A stretch of DNA of 64,000 nt from the NCBI RefSeq assembly GCF_009914755.1, contig NC_060935.1; one strand, given 5' to 3'. The DNA is from the human T2T-CHM13v2.0 reference genome, Homo sapiens. This document shows, piece by piece, positions 57,728 through 64,000 of this stretch (position 1 is the first letter of the stretch; the number at the start of each line of letters is the position of its first letter). Made by a program: the position numbers and the translations under genes. The notes under the pieces were generated by a model, which had not been told where the DNA came from, made no database searches, and saw only the letters and a program-made list of their open reading frames with translations.

Positions 57728-58504
57728 AACTGAATAGGATAATGGGGGCGTGAGGGTGTGGTACAAAAGGGGTCAACAGGACATGAAACTGGGCAGGCAG
57801 GTTCAGCTGGCATGTGAAGGGCTTTGAATGCCTTGCCAAAGCATTTGGGGAGACATTCAAGGCCCTTCATATTTTAAATGAGAGTGACGCAACCACATGT
57901 GTTTTAAGGGAGATAATTTTGGAAGCTCATCGGGGAGGCCTGGAAAGGAGCTAAATTGGAAGCAACGAGACCGAGGCAGGAAATAGTGAAACAGTGGACC
58001 TGGGGAGGAAAAGTCAGCTTCCAGAAACATTTCAGACGTTGAATCTAATTGGTGACCAATTGATTATGGAAGGAGCAGGCAATTCAGTATTTGAGAGACA
58101 TTACCAAGTTATCTGAAGGCTTGCTTCTGTTTCTTATAGGCCAAGGACAGGGAAGGAAAAGAACAGAGACCACCTTCCCTCAGCAAACCCTATTTCAGAA
58201 ACGCAGTTCCAGGTCCTGGCCTCAGAATGTCACTGATCACCACATAGGTCAGAGTGTATGTCTCAGAGAAGAGAAGGGGGTGATTATACTTCCCAGAGTG
58301 AGTTTCTCAGGGAACTGGGGGAGCTGTCCATGGCAAAGCTATAGACAGCCTCAAATAAAAAAGCCATGTTGGAGTTAGCAATAAAACTCCATCCTGTTCT
58401 GAGACACAGTGGTGAGATTTGACAGGTTAGGCCACAGTTCTAGACTGGATTGTTAAATCCGCTGGAACCTTCCTGTTGTATCTCTGGCTAAATTAGCTGC
58501 TGAA

Positions 58505-59354
58505 ATTTACAAGAAAAAAACAACCCTATCAAAAAGTGGGCGAAGGATATGAACAGACACTTCTCAAAAGAAGACATTTATGCAGCCAAAAGACACATGA
58601 AAAAATGCTCATCATCACTGGCCATCAGAGAAATGCAAATCAAAACCACAATGAGATATCATCTCACACCAGTTAGAATGGCGATCATTAAAAAGTCAGG
58701 AAACAACAGGTGCTGGAGAGGATATGGAGAAATAGGAACACTTTTACACCGTTGGTGGGACTGTAAACTAGTTCAACCATTGTGGAAGTCGGTGTGGCGA
58801 TTCCTCAGGGATATAGAACTAGAAATACCATTTGACCCAGCCATCCCCATTACTGGGTATATACCCAAAGGATTATAAATGATGCTGCTATAAAGACACA
58901 TGCATACGTATGTTTATTGCGGCACTATTCACAATAGCAAAGACTTGGAACCAACCCAAATGTCCAACAATGATAGACTGGAATAAGAAAATGGGCACAT
59001 ATACACCATGGAATACTATGCAGCCATAAAAAATGAAGAGTTCATGTCCTTTGTAGGGACATGGATGAAGCTGGAAACCATCATTCTCAGCAAACTATCG
59101 CAAGGACAAAAAACCAAGCACCGCATGTTCTCACTCATAGGTGGGAATTGAACAATGAGAACACTTGGACACAGGAAGGGAGACATCACACACCAGGGCC
59201 TGTTGTGGGGTGGGGGAGGTGGGAGGGATAGCATTAGGAGGATATACCTAATGTTAAATGACAAGTTAATGGGTGCAGCACACCAACGTGGCACATGTAT
59301 ACATATGTAACCTGCATGTTTTGCACATGTACCCTAAAACTTAAAGTATAATAA
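58505..59354 (+). mobile_element. 5'-truncated primate L1 (L1PA), ORF2 C-terminus + 3' UTR
   Basis: [27 protein letters not shown]... is L1 ORF2 end; perfect 15-bp TSD aaattagctgctgaa (58490-58504, 59355-59369). Confidence 0.96.
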
Positions 59355-60681
59355 AAATTAGCTGCTGAAGGAGGGGCTTCTGATCATATCAAGTTCTGAT
59401 ATACTCTAAATGACAGAGCTTGAATTTCATCTGCAGATTTTCTTGAAAAAAATCACTGCTGTCCATTTCACCTGGACTATGATTTATCAGGAAAGCAAAA
59501 GTAATAACTAATATTGATTGAGCACTTACTATTGGCTAGGCACTTATCTAAATGCTGAACTTGAATTTCTTATTTAATCCTTACAGCATCCCCTTAAAAG
59601 TGGTTACATGTTGCTCTCACAAACATATAAATTGTATCATGTTTATACTATCTCCAATTAACATAATAACAATGGCCATCTTTTAAGCTTGATGAAGAAA
59701 CTGATGAGCAGAGAGTTGCAGTAACTTACCCAAGGTCACACAGCTAATGAATGACGGAGTCGGGATTTGAACCCAAGCAATCTGCTTTTGAAACTGCCAC
59801 TTTTACCCACCACACTGTCCTGCCTCAAATCTGTATTGTACTGCTTTGGGGTGTAAAGCAAAATAGAGACACTTTCAGGAATTGTTTAAATATGCGTCTT
59901 GGTTTTCATTACCACACTACTAGATGTCTGTTGGATTTTGCTCAGAGCTGCCTTATGCACTTGGGATTTCAGATGCTGTGCAATAAAACTTTGCCAGTTT
60001 CCCAGGAATGCATTATAGGAGAGCCAGCCTACTTAAGGGCGAAGTCTGGATTAAAGAGTGACTCCATAAATTCCATTTCATTATTAATGATTGTACGGCT
60101 TCACATGTGATAACACACTTCCCTCTGTGTTCAGATCTGTGATCCACTTTAATACTCAAGGGTGGTAGAAGTAAAGCAGATAAGATTATCTTCAGTTCTC
60201 AGATGAAAAAATTGAGGTTCAGAGTTCAAGTGGCTTGGCAAAGTCACACATGTGCTATTACACATAAAGCTATACGAGAATGGAGTGAAGAGGTGACCAA
60301 ACATTTCTAGGCAGGAGGTGATCCACAGGACCTGTTTAATGTATTAATTGAGTTGTTTCTCATTTGCAGCATCCATTGACTTAAAATTCATGGTCTAAAA
60401 TCTTTGAAAGAGGTTTGATCTTAAACACCTGTTTACATGTTGTTTACAGTCTTCATTTTTCTGAGCAAGTCTTATCTGTAGAGATTCTGTAGCTGGATGG
60501 AATTAACATGGATTCTGATTTTGAAGAGACGGAAATAATGATGGGGATTTGAGTTAACTCTTGTTTATTAATTAGAAAGCTAAGTTTGGTCCCATCTTTT
60601 TGCTGCCTGTCATCTCTTAAAGCCATGGTTAGAGTCACACTTCGCTAGAAATACGACTGCAAATCTGTTTCCTCTTTGCAG

Positions 60682-60866
60682 CCTGTGCAAGGCTTTGATT
60701 ATGCCAAGCAACACCTGGGCCAGCAAGGGGCAGATGAGGAGGTCATCCCTGTGACTCAGGAGACAGTGGTTCTCCCACTGCCCATTAGAGATGCTCCTCA
60801 GGAAAGAGACGTCGCTCAGGATGGAAGCACCATCAAGACCGCCAAATCCACTGAAACCAGGAAGAG
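60682..60866 (+). CDS. KIAA1549L: KIAA1549L cytoplasmic exon (185 nt, phase 0-2), PVQGFDYAKQHLGQ...TETRK
   Basis: cctctttgcAG acceptor; GAG|GTAGGC donor; gene continues beyond window. Confidence 0.94.
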
Positions 60867-61299
60867 GTAGGCACGGGGCTGACTTCTGCCTCTCTGTGTC
60901 AGCAAGAGAATAATTGATGATGAGAAAAGCTGATGCCCTCAAGTTAATTCCACGGTTCTCTTTAAAAATTCCCCTTCATGCTCATTTTGAATATTTGAAA
61001 AGAGACTAAAGGAGATGATGAGAATCACAATACCTGCCTAGCCTGGGCTACGCTTTGTAAGGTTTTATGTCTCTGATAACCACAACAGCAGAGATTTAGT
61101 TCATATATTTACTATAGCAAATTTAGCACTGATGTTACACTTATATTTTAAACTTATATTAAAAGCAGTGCCTTTGATTCAATATAGTTGTATTTTATCT
61201 GGCAATTTCTCAATAGGGGTTTCTGATTTCAGTCAAAACCATATATTTAATTTATACTATAAGCAGAGCACTTTGAAGACATCCCTTTAGGACTACAAA

Positions 61300-63560
61300 A
61301 ATGTGTAAGATTGATTTGTGACCCCAGGAGTCTCATGATGGAGGAGGCGGAGAGAAAAATAACTGGAATACCGAGGATGAGGTATTGGTGCCTGCACTGG
61401 AGACTGCAGGGCTGTAGTAAAGTCAGGAGGAAGAACTTAATTCTGAACAGGGAAAACCTCGTGGAGAAGGTTATCCTTTAGCTGAGCCTTGAAAAGTGAG
61501 TGGGATCTGAATAGGTGGGAAGATATAAGGGCATCCAGTCTAAAAAGAGTGGGGAGAGAAAAGGGACAGGTTTGTTCTCTAAATGGTGAGTGTCCCCAGA
61601 GTTTAGAGTTCATAGTGGCTGGATGTAGTGAAGAATGAAACCAGAAGATAAATTAAAATTTTGGAAAGTCTTGACTGCCTGGCAAGGCATCTGACCTTTA
61701 TTATCTAGGCAACGGGGAGCCACTGAAAGGTCTTTTGGAAGATAATGATGTTAGCCTATATGTTAGAAGGATACTTTGATGGCAGTGTGGATGAGAGATG
61801 GGAGAGGTTAGTTTAGAGGCCAAGAGACTCATTGTAAGACTTTGCAATAGCCTTATAAAGAGGTAATGAACCCTATGGCAAGCCGCGTTGGCTGGCTAAA
61901 CCAACATGCGTTGTCAACTCCCTTGTTGCCTGAGACTACTATGGAGACTGAAAAAACTACATCATCCATGTCTCCTTCCTTTCTCCCCTCCTTTTATCTA
62001 ACGTGTATTGATCATTTGCTGTTTATCAGGCACTGGGGATATTGCTGTGAACAAGACAGAGTTACTGTTCTTGGGCAGCTTATAATCTGGTGAGGAGAGA
62101 TAGATAATAAACAAATAGAGAAACAGGTAAAATCTATCTATTTCTGGATCAGGTGGTGATGAGTACAAAGAAGAAAACCAAAGCACAGTTAAGGGATAGA
62201 GAAATGGAGAAGGAGACATAGTGCTATTTTAGCTAGGAAGCTAGGGAAGACTTTTTTGATAAAGTGACATTTGAGAAAGACCTGATTGAGGTATAAACCA
62301 CGAGGTTATCTGCAGGAGGAATGTACGAAACAGATGGAACAGTTTGTGCATCGCCCAGAGGAGGGAACTTCTTGACATACTTAAAGAAAAGCAGGATCAA
62401 GGGGGCTGGCATGAACTAGGGAGGAAGTGGTGGCAGATGAGTCTGGCAAGTTGCTGGAGGTTGATTATGTCAGGCTTTACAGACCAAAGTCAGGACTTGG
62501 GATTTTATTGTGAATAAAGATCAGATGTCATTGGGGGGTTTTGAGAAAAGCAATGACATGATGTGACTTGCAGTTTTATAGGCTCACTTTGGGCTGGGTG
62601 CATGGCTCACACCTGTAACTCCAGCAGTTTGAGAGGCCGAGGCAGGAGGATCACTTGAAGCCAGGAGCTTGAGACCAACGTGGGCAACCAAGCAAGACCT
62701 CGTCTCTACAAAATAAAATTATATAAAAAATATTAGCCAGGTGCAGTGGTGTGTACCTGTAGTCACAGCTACTGGGGAGGCTGAGGTGAGAGCATGGCTT
62801 GAGCACAGGAATTCAAGGCTGCAGGGAGCTGTGATTGTGCCACTGCACTCCAGCCTGGATGACAGAGTGAGGGCTTGTCTCAAAATAAAATATAATTAAA
62901 ATAAATACAACAGACTCACTTTGGCTGCTGTGTGGCAAACAGACTGTAGGGATGCAGAGTGGATGCAGGGAGACCCTTTACAAGGCTACTGCCGTGACCT
63001 AGGTGAGAGACGATCGTGTCATGGGATGGTGTGAGAAGTGGTTGGAGTTTAGAGGTGTTTTGAAGGAAGAGCTGAAAAGATTTGCTGATAGATTCTTGTG
63101 GAGTGACAGAAGTGGAGAGGAGTGAATTTGCCATTTATTGTGTTGGGGGATACTGGAGGAGAAGTAGTTTGTAGGGGATGGTCAAGAGTTTGAGTGTGGA
63201 CATGTTACATTTGAGATGCCTGTTAGGTATATGAGTGGAGATGTTGAGAACTCAGTTAACCTTGAGTCTGGAGTTTAGAGGAGTGGTCTAGGGTAGAAAT
63301 ATAAATGTAGGAGTGGTCAGTGTGTAATTACTCTATAAGACTGGGAAGAATCACCTAGGAGAGTACAGATAGAGAAAAGAAAAGATCCAAGAACTGAACC
63401 CTGGAACATTGTCATGATTAGAGGTCCAGAAGATGGGGAAGGATCAACAAAGAAAAAGGAATAGTGTCAGGAAGAAGGGCATGAGAAGAACAAAGAGAGA
63501 GTAAGATCCAAGAAGCCAAGAGAAGGAAGTAATTTGAGAAGGAAGGAGGGATCGTCTGTA
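61300..63560. mobile_element. L2 fragments (interrupted by Alu)
   Basis: L2 motifs ggggagccactgaa, ttgagtgtggacatgttacatttgagatgcctgttagg, gaactgaaccctggaacatt. Confidence 0.7.
62592..62910 (+). mobile_element. Alu (AluJ-like)
   Basis: Dimeric Alu; TSD ctcactttgg. Confidence 0.92.
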
Positions 63561-64000
63561 TCAATTACCCACATTTTGTACTGGAATCAAGCAACAAGAC
63601 TGCATATTTTCTTCCAAGAACTCTTGGTACCTCAGGAAGAGGAACAGAGGGTTGGATTTCAGCTTGTGTAGGAAAGAAGGTTGGGGCATGTGGATTAGTT
63701 ACCTATTGCTCCATAACAAAGCACTCCAAAGCTTAATAACTTAAAACAACAACCATTTTTTTTTAGCTCATTATTTTGGTGGGTCAGCACATTGGGCTGA
63801 GCTCAGCTGGATGGTTCTTCTGGTCTCAGCTAGGCTTGGCTGACCTTAGCTGGGCCTGCTTATGCATCTCCAGTCAGGTGACAGATCAACTGGGCTGACT
63901 TGTTGATACTAATCTTATCAGGAATACCCCAGGTAGCAAGGGCCTTTGTTCATATGGTTTCTCATCCTCTAGCAGGCTAGTCCTGGCTTTCTCACAATGT

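Noticed and set aside
58549-59294. 109-aa and 92-aa ORFs
   Set aside because: L1 ORF2 C-terminal fragment and antisense L1 3' UTR

Overview
Human/primate genomic DNA (17 near-full-length Alus, L1, L2, MIR, MaLR LTRs, DNA transposons) lying entirely inside one + strand gene that I recognise as KIAA1549L (C11orf41; a large single-pass membrane protein, paralog of KIAA1549). Eleven internal coding exons (11303-60866) splice into one open frame of 4513 nt (about 1503 codons). They encode a long Ser/Thr/Pro mucin-like region, three repeated SEA-like modules, a furin-type site, a transmembrane helix and the start of the cytoplasmic tail. The first exon and the 3' exons are outside the window. I see no evidence of a new multi-gene system. 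The most notable observations are: (1) a core-perfect RE1/NRSE (REST) motif inside a 249-bp local duplication whose second copy has a core mutation; (2) three exon-pair modules with identical intron phases; (3) a GC-AG intron and tandem in-frame donors; (4) several short paired duplications and a near-perfect 48-bp inverted repeat. Repeat subfamily names are from memory of consensus sequences and repeat boundaries are approximate.
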